Source: Nemertoderma westbladi (lineage: Eukaryota > Animalia > Xenacoelomorpha). From it: 64,000 bases of DNA. Below the pieces are notes generated by a model that was given only the letters and a program-made list of their open reading frames with translations, did no database searches and was not told the DNA's origin. The stretch is from assembly GCA_032718475.1 (NCBI GenBank), contig JAUCBJ010004787.1:53736-117735 (forward strand), given 5' to 3'. Position 1 is the stretch's first letter. Every line of letters begins with the position of its first letter. Positions 52,301 through 61,036 of the stretch are shown here, one piece after another. Made by a program: the position numbers and the translations under genes.

Positions 52301-53173
52301 TCTTCTTCTCAGTTTGGTGTTGTGCCAATTTCTTATTAAAATGTGCTTATTTTGTAGGTCGTCGCAACTATTACGGTAACTGATCCAGATTTGGGTCCTA
52401 CTGGGCCAATGACGGCGTTGGCCTTGGATAACGACTTCGGGATATTCCAACTGAGGGAAGACTGGTCTCAGCAAAAAACGACAGGACAGGTTACAGCAGA
52501 CCTCTACATCGAGCAAAATAAATGTTAGTAAAAGACGTTTGTCGTTTATCGTTTTTTTACGTGAAGACAGTGAATCTCAATATGTGTCAGTTATCTAATT
52601 AATAATTAGGGTTCGTATAAATTAGTGCAGGACCCTCCAGTTTACCTCAATCAATAATTGGTACTCCTTACAAAATTATCTTGCCTAAATTATCTTGTTT
52701 AAATATTTTCTTTCTCAAATTTTACAAATCTCTGATCATCGATCAACTTATTTGTTACGTAATGGGTATAATAATGACGGGGGTATAATAATAACTTGTA
52801 ACTTTAATAAATTATATTTTTAATTCATCTGAAGAAAGTAAAAGTTGTCAAATAGAATTATAAAAGAGCAAATACATTACCCGTAACCCTAAACCACTAA
52901 TATATATTGATGACATGTGTCTCGAAATTTATGTAACATCAATATCTGATTAACAACGAATCATTCAAACTAATTCCATTCAATGTAACAGACAATATTA
53001 TATGGGAACATTTATATTGTATTTGCAGTGTTGGATAAAGAGGGGACAGCATCTTTCGCTGTTAATATTAAGGCTACTGACCCTGGTGGGACTACAAATC
53101 ATCTAATCAATGTTATTGTGGACAATGTCAATGAGTTTACTCCAAAGTGTGACGCTAGTTCCGTTGTATTAAC
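16316..53173 (+). CDS. Large multi-exon cadherin-repeat protein (Fat/protocadherin-like), 5' part: signal peptide plus ~9 EC repeats (~1050 aa in window, C-terminus not found)
   Basis: 18 exon positions with GT-AG boundaries and matching phases; repeated xE, DxD, D(R/Y)E, AxDxG and DxN(D/E)xxP motifs. Confidence 0.9.
16570..17790. mobile_element. Foldback/MITE-like element with subterminal ~21-bp tandem repeats
   Basis: ccccaaaaacaattatt arrays (16680-16985) mirrored by ttttgggg/ttttggtg arrays (17420-17740); outer arms aattgaatgccaccccaaattagatga versus reverse complement aattaaagtcatcccaaaattgatga. Confidence 0.6.
17993..18252 (+). CDS. Cadherin exon 2
   Basis: ttcag|..GTVDENSVLGT..TGQSFK|gttagt, phase 1->0. 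Confidence 0.8.
18233..21250 (+). repeat. 28-bp minisatellite (~107 copies) containing the exon 2 splice donor
   Basis: Unit actggacagagcttcaag|gttagtaaat; rare variants recur at a 980-bp offset. Confidence 0.97.
21406..21601 (+). CDS. Cadherin exon 3
   Basis: tttag|VDVLDSTKLNFE..VKDVNERP..VEEN G|gtgaat, phase 0->1. Confidence 0.88.
21990..24010. repeat. 63-bp satellite array 1 (~32 copies)
   Basis: Unit ..ggaatgcctgttcaccaccatgggtgatcttccacagtaaacccttccactctgtttcctaaa. Confidence 0.97.
24014..24267. repeat. 38-bp tandem repeat (~6.5 copies)
   Basis: ccaggttggtgtgtccagcggttaccacctaccccatc, directly abutting the 63-bp array. Confidence 0.95.
24313..24523 (+). CDS. Cadherin exon 4
   Basis: catag|..LRDEDATD..VDYETNKQCTVVIT|gtaagg, phase 1->2. 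Confidence 0.9.
24575..24895 (+). mobile_element. SINE with degenerate tRNA-like head, CORE-like centre and L2-like tail
   Basis: tgtagtggtcagc..gagttcaaccc head; gtgtccctaggcaagacactt centre; aagcgctttgag..aaaagcgctatataaat tail; (att)n tail resumes after the 24896-26047 insertion. Confidence 0.65.
24896..26047. mobile_element. Mutator/Foldback-type MITE with 15-bp sub-repeats
   Basis: TIR GGATGTAGGACAATTCGGTCC / GGACCGAATTGTCCTGCTTCC; 9-bp TSD caatattat (24887-24895, 26048-26056); ggacaattcggtccc arrays in alternating orientation. Confidence 0.88.
26361..26599 (+). CDS. Cadherin exon 5
   Basis: tttag|AKDGG..NLNDNDPVF..ATDADEND..IV G|gtaagt, phase 2->1. Confidence 0.92.
26729..26965 (+). 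CDS. Cadherin exon 6
   Basis: tgcag|..VNELTGELRL..VQATDHDG..VT G|gtaaaa, phase 1->1. Confidence 0.9.
27265..27536 (+). CDS. Cadherin exon 7
   Basis: catag|..LTYKILSGD..IDYD..VTDDG..VTVDVA|gtaagt, phase 1->0. Confidence 0.92.
28030..28192 (+). CDS. Cadherin exon 8
   Basis: accag|ILPKNDNTP..ISEDTPLDT..CKDDD..YWTL T|gtaagt, phase 0->1. Confidence 0.92.
28628..28782 (+). CDS. Cadherin exon 9 (not in ORF track)
   Basis: taaag|..FKINMNTGEIRTAGRFDRETTASYVITASC..VAIT|gtgagt, phase 1->0. Confidence 0.92.
29109..29284 (+). CDS. Cadherin alternative exon 10a (176 nt)
   Basis: tacag|VNVLDINDNAFTFPVPILYATVREDDLPSTDVLAINYSDPDDNDVEEVMNIKAGDDFT CA|gtatgg, phase 0->2. Confidence 0.88.
29662..29837 (+). 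CDS. Cadherin alternative exon 10b (176 nt)
   Basis: cccag|VSITDINDNVPSFTVPVVYATVNEDDGPNTVVTNLGYIDQDTTPANPTITIKGGDSYS AA|gtatga, phase 0->2. Confidence 0.9.
30453..30628 (+). CDS. Cadherin alternative exon 10c (176 nt)
   Basis: tacag|VSLSDVNDNAPSFSNQAPIVYGTVNEGDINAATNIVLGYQDRDTVGGKKFFLSGTGSE AA|gtgagg, phase 0->2. Confidence 0.9.
30746..30868. repeat. 19-bp tandem repeat (~6 copies)
   Basis: tttattgttaaatagaacc. Confidence 0.9.
31093..31294 (+). CDS. Cadherin exon 11
   Basis: ttaag|C FQVTT..IDLE..GQDG..LPVNEFTPTF..AT|gttagt, phase 2->0. Confidence 0.9.
31391..31547. repeat. ~155-bp imperfect palindrome (probable miniature transposon or element end)
   Basis: tacatactt..ctttacagtgt..gatcc..gtggcttt / aaagccac..ggatc..acactgtaaag..aagtatgta. 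Confidence 0.7.
31986..32508 (-). pseudogene. Ulp1/SENP-family (peptidase C48) cysteine protease pseudogene
   Basis: Manual translation WLTDNII..FNHHFY..YNSVKG*TRNCDIFALDTIVFPVNLNGNHWVLAV..YFDSLG..FNSQQCGVYLC; TGA at the conserved Trp and a +1 frameshift in a G run at ~32452. Confidence 0.85.
32535..32628. repeat. 11-bp AT-rich tandem repeat
   Basis: (aaaataaatta)n, ~8 copies. Confidence 0.9.
32776..32887 (+). CDS. Cadherin exon 12 (not in ORF track)
   Basis: tctag|VSENAHPGIVIV..ITDEDKYEHG..FFKIT G|gttagt, phase 0->1. Confidence 0.9.
33386..33501 (+). CDS. Cadherin exon 13
   Basis: gatag|GDTGGNFVIQPKTGQIILKKRIDRES..LDIQ|gtaagt, phase 1->0. Confidence 0.92.
33770..34005 (+). mobile_element. 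Dispersed ~235-bp repeat with an internal tRNA-like segment (SINE-like), copy 1
   Basis: Aligns to 55647-55880; A box tagctgaatggttagagcg, cttccaa loop, B box agttcgatccc. Confidence 0.7.
34041..34675 (-). mobile_element. RTE LINE fragment with internal deletions
   Basis: Same (TAG)n tail and 3' UTR as 61037-61080; blocks match 61520-62080. Confidence 0.9.
35476..35616 (+). CDS. Cadherin exon 14 (not in ORF track)
   Basis: tttag|VSDGDKTSSQQIPVVITDEPDSTPSC..NLPETSSAGDTV|gtaagt, phase 0->0. Confidence 0.88.
35810..35965 (-). mobile_element. Single-unit copy of the dispersed element that seeds the 63-bp satellites
   Basis: Reverse complement reads gggagaatcttttaggctcgttaa..gaatgcctgtacactaccatgggtgatcttccacagtaaacccttccattctgtttccc. 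Confidence 0.8.
36560..38073. repeat. 63-bp satellite array 2 (~23 copies, some 72-bp variants)
   Basis: Same unit family and same left flank (gagaatcttttaggct) as array 1. Confidence 0.97.
39060..39245. repeat. 15-bp tandem repeat
   Basis: (tttttactctcgata)n, degenerating to the right. Confidence 0.9.
39627..49440. repeat. ~9.8-kb modular C/A-rich satellite (36/52/68-bp units)
   Basis: Core agtgctacagtacaacccataggaccaacaacccac with optional 16-bp modules agcagctacaacccac and gtcccgcagtaccaac. Confidence 0.98.
49604..50421 (+). repeat. 29/30-bp minisatellite (~28 units) containing the exon 15 splice acceptor
   Basis: Unit ttatttatcacttttag|cataccattgcc, alternating in the 3' part with an AG-less 30-bp variant (59-bp dimer). 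Confidence 0.95.
50410..50518 (+). CDS. Cadherin exon 15 (not in ORF track)
   Basis: tttag|HTIACSKTGVPNLIFELENPDSSAFKLNGAVLEVKD G|gtaagt, phase 0->1; bridges exons 14 and 16 in frame. Confidence 0.82.
50700..51060 (-). mobile_element. Old RTE LINE 3' fragment
   Basis: RFAGHRF..QPVYNIVLW..GGQPMT matches the RTE C-terminus at 61078. Confidence 0.75.
51314..51507 (+). CDS. Cadherin exon 16
   Basis: ttcag|ALIDYD..AEQETSPVF..VPENSPYGT|gtaagt, phase 1->0. Confidence 0.9.
52358..52523 (+). CDS. Cadherin exon 17 (not in ORF track)
   Basis: tgtag|VVATITVTDPDLGPTG..IFQL..EQNK T|gttagt, phase 0->1. Confidence 0.88.
53029..53173 (+). CDS. Cadherin exon 18 (not in ORF track)
   Basis: tgcag|LDKEGTASFAVNIKATDPGG..VDNVNEFTPKC..VL AC|gtgagt, phase 1->2. 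Confidence 0.92.
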
Positions 53174-53498
53174 GTGAGTACAGAACACCGTTAAAATACT
53201 TCCCTACCTGAGTAAAGAATAACGTTACAATAGTTCCCTCCCTCAATAACTTGGTATAGGATATGAGACAAAATACGTTCAGTTCTGTGTTAATAATACA
53301 ATACATGGATGCCGCCATTCACATCTATATGCTGGATACATAGAATTCTAGAATGAGGATATTATACTGTTACTAAACTAAAATATCATATTCGTTGGCC
53401 GGCAGGTGTTATTTACTTATTATATCTAGGAATTAAACTCACATTTTTCATTATTATCAAAAACATACAGAACACGCTACTTTTTATTAAATATCAAC

Positions 53499-54575
53499 AT
53501 GGACTTTTGTCTCCAAATACTGGCAAAGATAGTGAAACCTATTTTGAAATTCGGTGTATTGTGTACAAAAATGTTTCATCCTCTTTTCAAATGTCTATTT
53601 ATAAGTTTAACTTTATTTGTTGTGCTGATTGGTCTGGTACTCTACCTACCGTACTATATAGCATATAAACCAGTCGCTGTAACAACGGTACATTCACTCT
53701 TCAGTTTATGGCTCCTGACTAACTACTTTTATAATTACTACAAGACCGCGACAATTAAATCAGATGAACCAATACAACATATGCAACAAATATATCATAG
53801 TCGCCCAATATGCGGAGATAAGAATACCTTGAGTCCAACGGTAAATGAGGAAGGTTTCAGTGGAAAACGAAACAATCTACAAAGTATAATAAACATCAAA
53901 GACTCAGTGTCAATGACAATACGATGTTGGAGATGCCATAAAGATAAGTCTCCAAGAACTCACCACTGTATTATTTGCGACAGATGCATAGTCCGCATGG
54001 ATCATCATTGTCCTTGGGTTGGCCAGTGCATTGGCTTGAGTAATCATAAGAATTTCTTAATGTTTCTAATTTATCTCTTTATCGGTGTCTGCTACGTGTG
54101 GTGGGTGACCGTGGACGTAGCCTACAGACCATTCAGCCGGCGAGAATTCTACATACCAGCGACCATGAAACTGAGGTATATACTTGGCCCTGTTATGGAT
54201 AATATTGTATACTTCGATGCTATGGACTATCAACAGACGCGTCGGTGGTGGGAGGATTTCTTCGAGATGTTGATTGTTGTCTCTCATCGCATCGCTGCCA
54301 TTTCTATCCTCGTCCATGGCGTCTTCCTCTTACAGCAGTGTATCTTAATATCGGTAAATGTAACCACCGTTGAATTCTGGTGGATGGTCATCGGTTACAA
54401 GGGAGAGGGCCGCTCCAATGGCTGCCGTTACTCGTGGCAGCTTTTTAGGAGTAATTGGATTGAGTTGCTAGGCAACAATAGCGGTTACTTGGATTGGTTA
54501 TCACTTTTGTTACCTGGTTACCGATCTCTGCGAACACGCTACACAATCGCAGGTAACAATCTGCTGGAATTATAG
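53499..54575 (+). CDS. Intronless DHHC palmitoyltransferase (ZDHHC16-like)
   Basis: 358-aa ORF with CWRCHKDKSPRTHHCIICDRCIVRMDHHCPWVGQCIGLSNHKNF, four hydrophobic segments and a TTVE (TTxE) motif. Confidence 0.93.
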   Translation: MDFCLQILAKIVKPILKFGVLCTKMFHPLFKCLFISLTLFVVLIGLVLYLPYYIAYKPVAVTTVHSLFSLWLLTNYFYNYYKTATIKSDEPIQHMQQIYHSRPICGDKNTLSPTVNEEGFSGKRNNLQSIINIKDSVSMTIRCWRCHKDKSPRTHHCIICDRCIVRMDHHCPWVGQCIGLSNHKNFLMFLIYLFIGVCYVWWVTVDVAYRPFSRREFYIPATMKLRYILGPVMDNIVYFDAMDYQQTRRWWEDFFEMLIVVSHRIAAISILVHGVFLLQQCILISVNVTTVEFWWMVIGYKGEGRSNGCRYSWQLFRSNWIELLGNNSGYLDWLSLLLPGYRSLRTRYTIAGNNLLEL

Positions 54576-55184
54576 GCATGATCCTAATCTAGTGTTAACT
54601 ATTATCCAGTTTTTAATGTGTTTCAATAATATATCATCATTAAATCTTATCAACATACGGAACTCTTGTGCTTTACCACCTTTTTTGGCAATTTTTATAT
54701 ATATTATCAGATATAATAGATGGTTAAGCAAGCATACCATCCACAATCAATTAGCTAACAAAACTTTAGATATTAGGTTGTCCTTTTATTTGTACAAATT
54801 TATTAGTTAAACGATTTCGAATTCTAGATTTCGAAACTAGGTAATGTTCTCGAATATCTAAACAGTGATAAAATTGTTAACAAGCTTTAGAAGAAAAGAA
54901 ATAAAAATGAAAATTGATTCAAATTTCCACAATATGTTTGATTTTTCGATTTACCTTAAATTTCCAAGTTTAGCTATTAAATTTCGGCTGCATGGTTTAG
55001 GACGCCGTGCTGGCTGACACGGGAGTTTAATTCTAGGTACGGTAAAACAAAGCCATTTAATTTTTATTTAGTGTTCTAGAATTGTCGTAACTTTGCAATA
55101 TTGTGTATTTTGCAATGCCCTGTGGTATTTTTCATAAGAACAGTGGCACTGTAAAGCACAAGAGACTCCTCGTGTAATGCATTG

Positions 55185-55475
55185 ACGGAACCTTAAGGTT
55201 CGATTATTTCTGGCAGCAGTTTACCAGTACTCTTTTATGGGAGTCCATGCTAAATGCCGAAGGTACCAAATCTTTGGATGGCACTTTCACAAGAATGCTG
55301 CGCCGGGTTTATTGTGTCAAGTACAATGAACACATCTCCAACCAGACACTATATAACATTGGTTCCCCCAAGCTTGACACTTGAACAAAGTCGCCTCCGC
55401 TTTGCAGGACATTGCTTTCGCCGTGAGGACCAGCCAGTGCATAATATTGTACTTTGGTAGCCTCATGGAGTGAAT
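55185..55475 (+). mobile_element. RTE LINE 3' fragment
   Basis: LVPPSLTLEQSRLRFAGHCFRREDQPVHNIVLW. Confidence 0.85.
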
Positions 55476-55646
55476 ACCTTTTTGTTGGGCACAGCTTTTA
55501 CTTTTTTTTAAATATACCAGTCGCAATTCTCTATGGGTGTAACTGTCCTAGTAGCTAGAGTGTATAATTAAGCATTGCGGCCGTGATGGTTCATGGTTAA
55601 TATACACTACCCTTTCATTGGTTAAAGACGGCCAGTGGTTAAAGAC

Positions 55647-55880
55647 GGCCAAGTACTGTAGGGTTGAGCACAGTGGCAGCAGATGATGGTATGACAGATG
55701 GGAGGCCATGAGGAGGTAAATTGCGGACATACAAGGTATCAGATAGTATTTCCAGGTCTATCTTTTACCTAAGCCCTTAGCTGAATGGTTAGAGCGTCAG
55801 ACTTCCAACGCCGAGGTCACCAGTTCGATCCCACTTGGACGTCACTGCCGACTTTGCAAAAACTGTGCCCAACAAAAAGT
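55647..55880 (+). mobile_element. Dispersed repeat with an internal tRNA-like segment, copy 2
   Basis: Aligns to 33770-34005. Confidence 0.7.
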
Positions 55881-56633
55881 TATAAAAATTTGTATTGTAG
55901 GAAACATATTGTAGTACTTAGGGGGATTAGATAGATTTATAGATACATTATGTAAAAACAATAAGTAATACACCAAACAATGTATATCGGAATTGTCCAA
56001 CATAACATATAGGATAAGCTTTGCAGCTTCTTTCCAACTTTATCCATTAATGTTAGGGGTCATTGTTTCCTTATGAATGAATAAATGAATAGATCATTTA
56101 TAATGTCTTGGGCACAACAGCGGCCCCCAACCAACAATGGCTTATAAGACATCAAATTTTATACAAATAAACTACCAAATAATACACAATTAACCAATTA
56201 ATCTTATAAAGTCCACTACACTACATTATATAGTGGCCGATAAGTGCCAAACGAACACCTGTTGGTCAGTGCATGTTTATGATTATATTGATATTGATGT
56301 TGTTACTCTATATATCACAATATTTGATTAATTATGTTGCTTAGAAACAATAACAGCAGAATTAGAGATAGTTTTTTTTCATTGAAATGAAATAAAGATA
56401 CAAGATACCCAAATTTTAGCAGCATAATAATATTAAGAACAATAGAACAGTAGCTGCTATTGATTTTCGTTTGAATAATATTGTCACGCCATTGTAACAT
56501 GTTTCTTCAATTGCCTTTGATGATTCACATATAGTTGAATCAATAAATTCGTCAATAAATTATTATAAATATGTAATTTAGCTAAGATAATGACATATAC
56601 TGTAACATAGATAAGATATATATAACAACAAAC

Positions 56634-56811
56634 GTTATTATGACGTCATATGATTTCGCATCTTTCTCATAATCGAATGCGGCTTTATTCGAGAGAACTC
56701 CTGCTGTTAAGGTAAACTTGGCTGCATCGGTTCCTGATAGAGTGTAAGTCAACGTGTTTGCAGGAACATCAACATCAGAGAAAAGTATTGTGAAATCTCG
56801 ATTGAAAGTTC
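56634..56811 (-). CDS. Minus-strand cadherin exon (third of three seen)
   Basis: tctag|..FSDVDVPANTLTYTLSGTDAAKF..FDYEKDAKSYDVII AC|gtttgt, phase 1->2. Confidence 0.88.
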
Positions 56812-58057
56812 CTAGATTTAAATAATATAAATTCAAATAAATTAACAACAATGAGACTGTATATTGACAATATAAAAAACATTACTTAATTTGGAATAAT
56901 GCTAAATTTTTTATCCATATTTTGTCCTGCACTCCCAATTTGGTCATGGTGGGAACCCCCAAGATAATAGAATAAAAATAAAAATGAAACACTCGCTCAA
57001 TATTTTCCATGATTTTAACACAATAATTTTCATTTTTTATAACAATTATAAAAATGAAATAATCTCATTATAAATAAATCCCAAAAAAATTTAAAAAAAT
57101 CTAAAAAAATAATCAAATGATAAATAATCTCATATCTCATTCGAAAAACTTAAATATTGGATATCTATGTGGGTAGTCTAAGAATGTTATGTAGCATTTT
57201 CTACAATGGGAAAAAAAGGAAAAATAATAAAGTGTTAAATTACTTTATTACCAAAGGAAACTGGCTAGACATTTGTGCCAAAAACAAAGGCGACTTTACA
57301 TCCAAAGGCATTTCGGTTTTACATTTTGATAGAACATCTACTATAGATACTATAGTAGGTCATAGATAGAACACTAGTGCAATTCGTTATAAGTCAATAT
57401 TTATAACCACATATTTTATTATTATAATAATCTGTTACTGTTAGGGATCTAATAATTGTATGATCTTTTTTGTAGTGATTTTTGGGGTTTGGTTTGGTTT
57501 TGGGGTTTGGTAGGTTAGCTAGTTTATTATTGTTCTATTCAAAAACAGTGTGAATTGGTCCTCGGGAAAGAGACAACTAGTTCTGGGCGATATGTCCAGA
57601 TGATATATTTGGAATGACAACTCTGAGACGAATAATAATTATAGGAACAATTTGTCTGTGACAAATTATTTTGGGGAGAGGATTAGGTCATTCTTGGATA
57701 TCTGTCAATGTGCGGCACGAAAAATACAAGTAGCACAAATTTGATAATCAAAAAAACCGGGATGAAAAGACTGGGACAACCAGAATTATATCTTGCTGAT
57801 TGATCTGATATTTGGCATGTTGTACTTGAATTAATTCAGCATCTTTTAATTGAGGCCGATTTTTGGATTTGGACCAAAGAGTTGCTCCGCTGACAGGCTT
57901 ACCAACCTTGTACATGATTGAAAGTTGTTAATACAATGTGTGTATGCAATCATGCATATGAATATATTATAACTAATTATTAATATAAATTAATAAATAA
58001 TTATATATAATACACATATATTTGACGATAAATGAATATAAATATATTGTCAATTAC

Positions 58058-58179
58058 CATCTTCATCATAGTTGTAGCTCGCAGCTCCAGTGTATGTAGG
58101 GGGGTCATTGAGATTGATTGCGGTTACCGTTACTGGAATCGTTACTACTTGTGGTGTTAATTCTCCGCTTTCAGTACAT
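58058..58179 (-). CDS. Minus-strand cadherin exon (second; not in ORF track)
   Basis: cgtag|A CTESGELTPQVVTIPVTVTAINLNDPPTYTGAASYNYDED G|gtaatt, phase 2->1. Confidence 0.88.
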
Positions 58180-58229
58180 CTACGATAAAAAAAAACGGTC
58201 AATATTAATGCATGCGCATGTTGTGTTAA

Positions 58230-59098
58230 CCCTATTTGGCCTGGGGGGGGGGGGGGGGGGTGTGGTCATTTTAGAATTTTTTTTGTAATTCATCTGTATC
58301 TTTGAGTCAGGTTTGTTGGGAAAATCGAGATTTCCTAAAATGTAATGGGCTATCTAATAAAACAAACGCCATTTCCATGGCTATGTTAGTTTTCGTGCTG
58401 TGGTCCCTTTCTGGCACCCATCTCCAGTATTTTTCGTGCTAAAATTTTCAAAAGTTTTGATGGCTAACTAAAATTAATTTATTTGCGGTATATAGCGGTT
58501 TTTTGGCATTGATCACGATTATAGAACTCAAATATAATATTTGAGAACATTTTTTGTATTTTTGAATGTGCCCTCTTGGGCATGAAAATAACAAGTAGTG
58601 CAAATATGATAATGAAAAATCACCACAAAATCAAATTGATTTTATGACCATATAGTTTTTTTGGGTTGCTGATTACGAATTGACACTGAAATATAGCGTA
58701 CATTGTTGATTAGGTCATTTTATAATCAAAAATCATTAACAAATCAACCTGATTTTTAGACATTACGGGTTTTTTTCTGAGACGCTGATCACGAATTGAC
58801 ACTCAAAAATATCGTATTACCCAACCAAATTCGATCATTCATGATCAGCGACATCGAAAACCCGTTTACGTTCAGAATTATCGAACCAAACAAAAAATAT
58901 TTTGTTTTTCTAAAATTTTTTCTTATTCTTTTCGTCCTTGGGGACCAAAATAGCACCAAAAATGGTGGTTGCATTGCCAAAAAATATTTCTAAGAAGTTT
59001 TATCGTGATCAGCGACCTCGAAATCTCGAAAATTGTAATTTTTGAGCCAAGATCTAAGAAATTCCTAAAATGACCACCCCCCCTGGGCCAATTACGTT
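58230..59098. mobile_element. piggyBac-like MITE
   Basis: TTAA|CCCTATTTGGCC(G)n..GGTCATTTTAG mirrored by CTAAAATGACC(C)n..GGCCAATTA; internal gctgatcacgaat repeats; right end degenerate. Confidence 0.6.
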
Positions 59099-59804
59099 GT
59101 AAAATAGCCTGGGCCTGTATATATTTCACTTACTTATATATGATTACATACATTTGCTGTTCTTTGTGGTTAAATCTATTAGGCAGGCCCCGATGGAATT
59201 TTCATTGTTTATAATTTGTTATTTTGTTTGTTATTAGTAGTGCCCCGATGATATTATTCTTTAATACTCTACTGCGTAGGAGATTATACTGGGCTCAGAT
59301 AGATAATGGCGTGGATTAAACCGCAAGTGAAAACTGATATCGCGCAAAGTGATCGCGAGTGAAATACAATTTAATTTATTGTTTTGGTTGAGAAAACACC
59401 GCCACTGTAACCTGCTCCTTTACCTTAATGATTTTAATTGAATTAAATTACTTTTTAAACCTGCTAAACACATGATGCTTGCGGTCGATAACATATCTAG
59501 TGAGCTTGGATATTATTTCGTACGATTATTTTGAAATTTCGTTTAATGCTAATATTTTCAGATTTTCGGTAAATATCTGAGTTCTAAACACCCTATTATA
59601 GCATTGGACTAAATCAATATAGATGACATGGTAACTAACAGCAGTTTTGTAGAAACTAAAAGTATTCATTCTTCGCACAAAAGAATCGATTTATAGTATT
59701 ACTATCGGTTCATTGATATAAAGGATCTAATTGTAATTACTAAAACTTTCCAATGCTAATAATAAGTAATGTAATGTTTTACTAAATTTAATTGATTAAC
59801 TCAC

Positions 59805-59985
59805 ACGACATTAAAACTATAAGATGATTTAGTTTCGAAATCTAAACCGGTTCCTTTAGCTTTAACGGCACCTGTTGCTGAGTTGATGAAAAAGCTAGCC
59901 GAATCTGTGCCACTCAAAGAGTACGTCACCGTAGTTCCGGTATCAATATCATCGAATGCGAAAGTGTGGAAGTTAGCAGCTGTGT
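59805..59985 (-). CDS. Minus-strand cadherin exon (first; not in ORF track)
   Basis: aatag|..FDDIDTGTTVTYSLSGTDSASFFINSATGAV..LDFETKSSYSFNV GT|gtgagt, phase 1->2. Confidence 0.9.
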
Positions 59986-60034
59986 CTATTGAAATAACGA
60001 ATTATTAATTAATACAGGATACACCAACGGTAAT

Positions 60035-60442
60035 AAACCTCCCCCAAGCTTGACACAAAATAAAATCGCCTCCGCTTTGAGGGACATTGCTTTCGCCGTG
60101 AGGACCAGCCAGTGCATAATATTGTACTTTGGCAGCCTCATGGAGTGAATAAGCATGGTGGACAGCCCATGACTTTCTTGAGGCGCATCTTAAAGGACAC
60201 TGGCCTTGAAGATGCGGAAGATCTAGCAAATTTCATGGGTGATAGGGAGTTGTGGCGTCGCAATTTTGTCGGCAAGCCGGCACAGTATTCTTAAAATGCA
60301 GATGAGTCTCAAGAAAGTCATGGGCTGTCCACCATGCTTATTCACTCCATGAGGCTACCAAAGTACAATATTATGCACTGGCTGGTCCTCACGGCGAAAG
60401 CAATGTCCTGCAAAGCGGAAGCGGTTCCTTTAAAGTGTCAAG
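60035..60442. mobile_element. Two RTE 3' fragments in inverted tail-to-tail arrangement
   Basis: + copy ~60035-60303 followed by - copy ~60307-60442 of the same segment. Confidence 0.85.
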
Positions 60443-61036
60443 TAGTAGTATCACTAGAAAACTTGCATTGCAAGGATTCTAAATATGTAACAATGTCTGA
60501 ATTTCGTTGAGAAACAGCAGATATCATTGCTTTCAACAACCTTCTGGAAAATTGTACGTGTTGCTACGCAATATAGATATTGTTGAATAGGCATATTGTT
60601 GTTACCCCCAACTATTCATGAGAAAGTAATAAATGGCCCCCAGCAACCTTGGTTGAAGATATCACAGAATTTTGTGAATAAATACCTAGCCAGTAACCTC
60701 TGTTGTTGCCTAGCAACTCAACCTAATTTCATTAATTAGTGTTTGGTAATAAACATTACTGGATAATAACAATATTTCTGTATTCTCATTGCTATAGCTA
60801 TGAGCAATGATTCTCATGTTTAATGTTTAATATTGAGGTGGAGGAAGCAGAAGCTTATTGCACCTGTGCAGACATAATATAAAACAACAGTCAAATTATA
60901 TTAAACTGAAACAAACTAAGTGCCTTACCTACTACTACCTAGCACTAATTAATGTTGATAAGAGTGTACGCAAATGAAAGTATGTAGGGTTCCAGCCGAA
61001 AACAATCCATTTTGTTCGCGGTATTTCAACTTTCCA

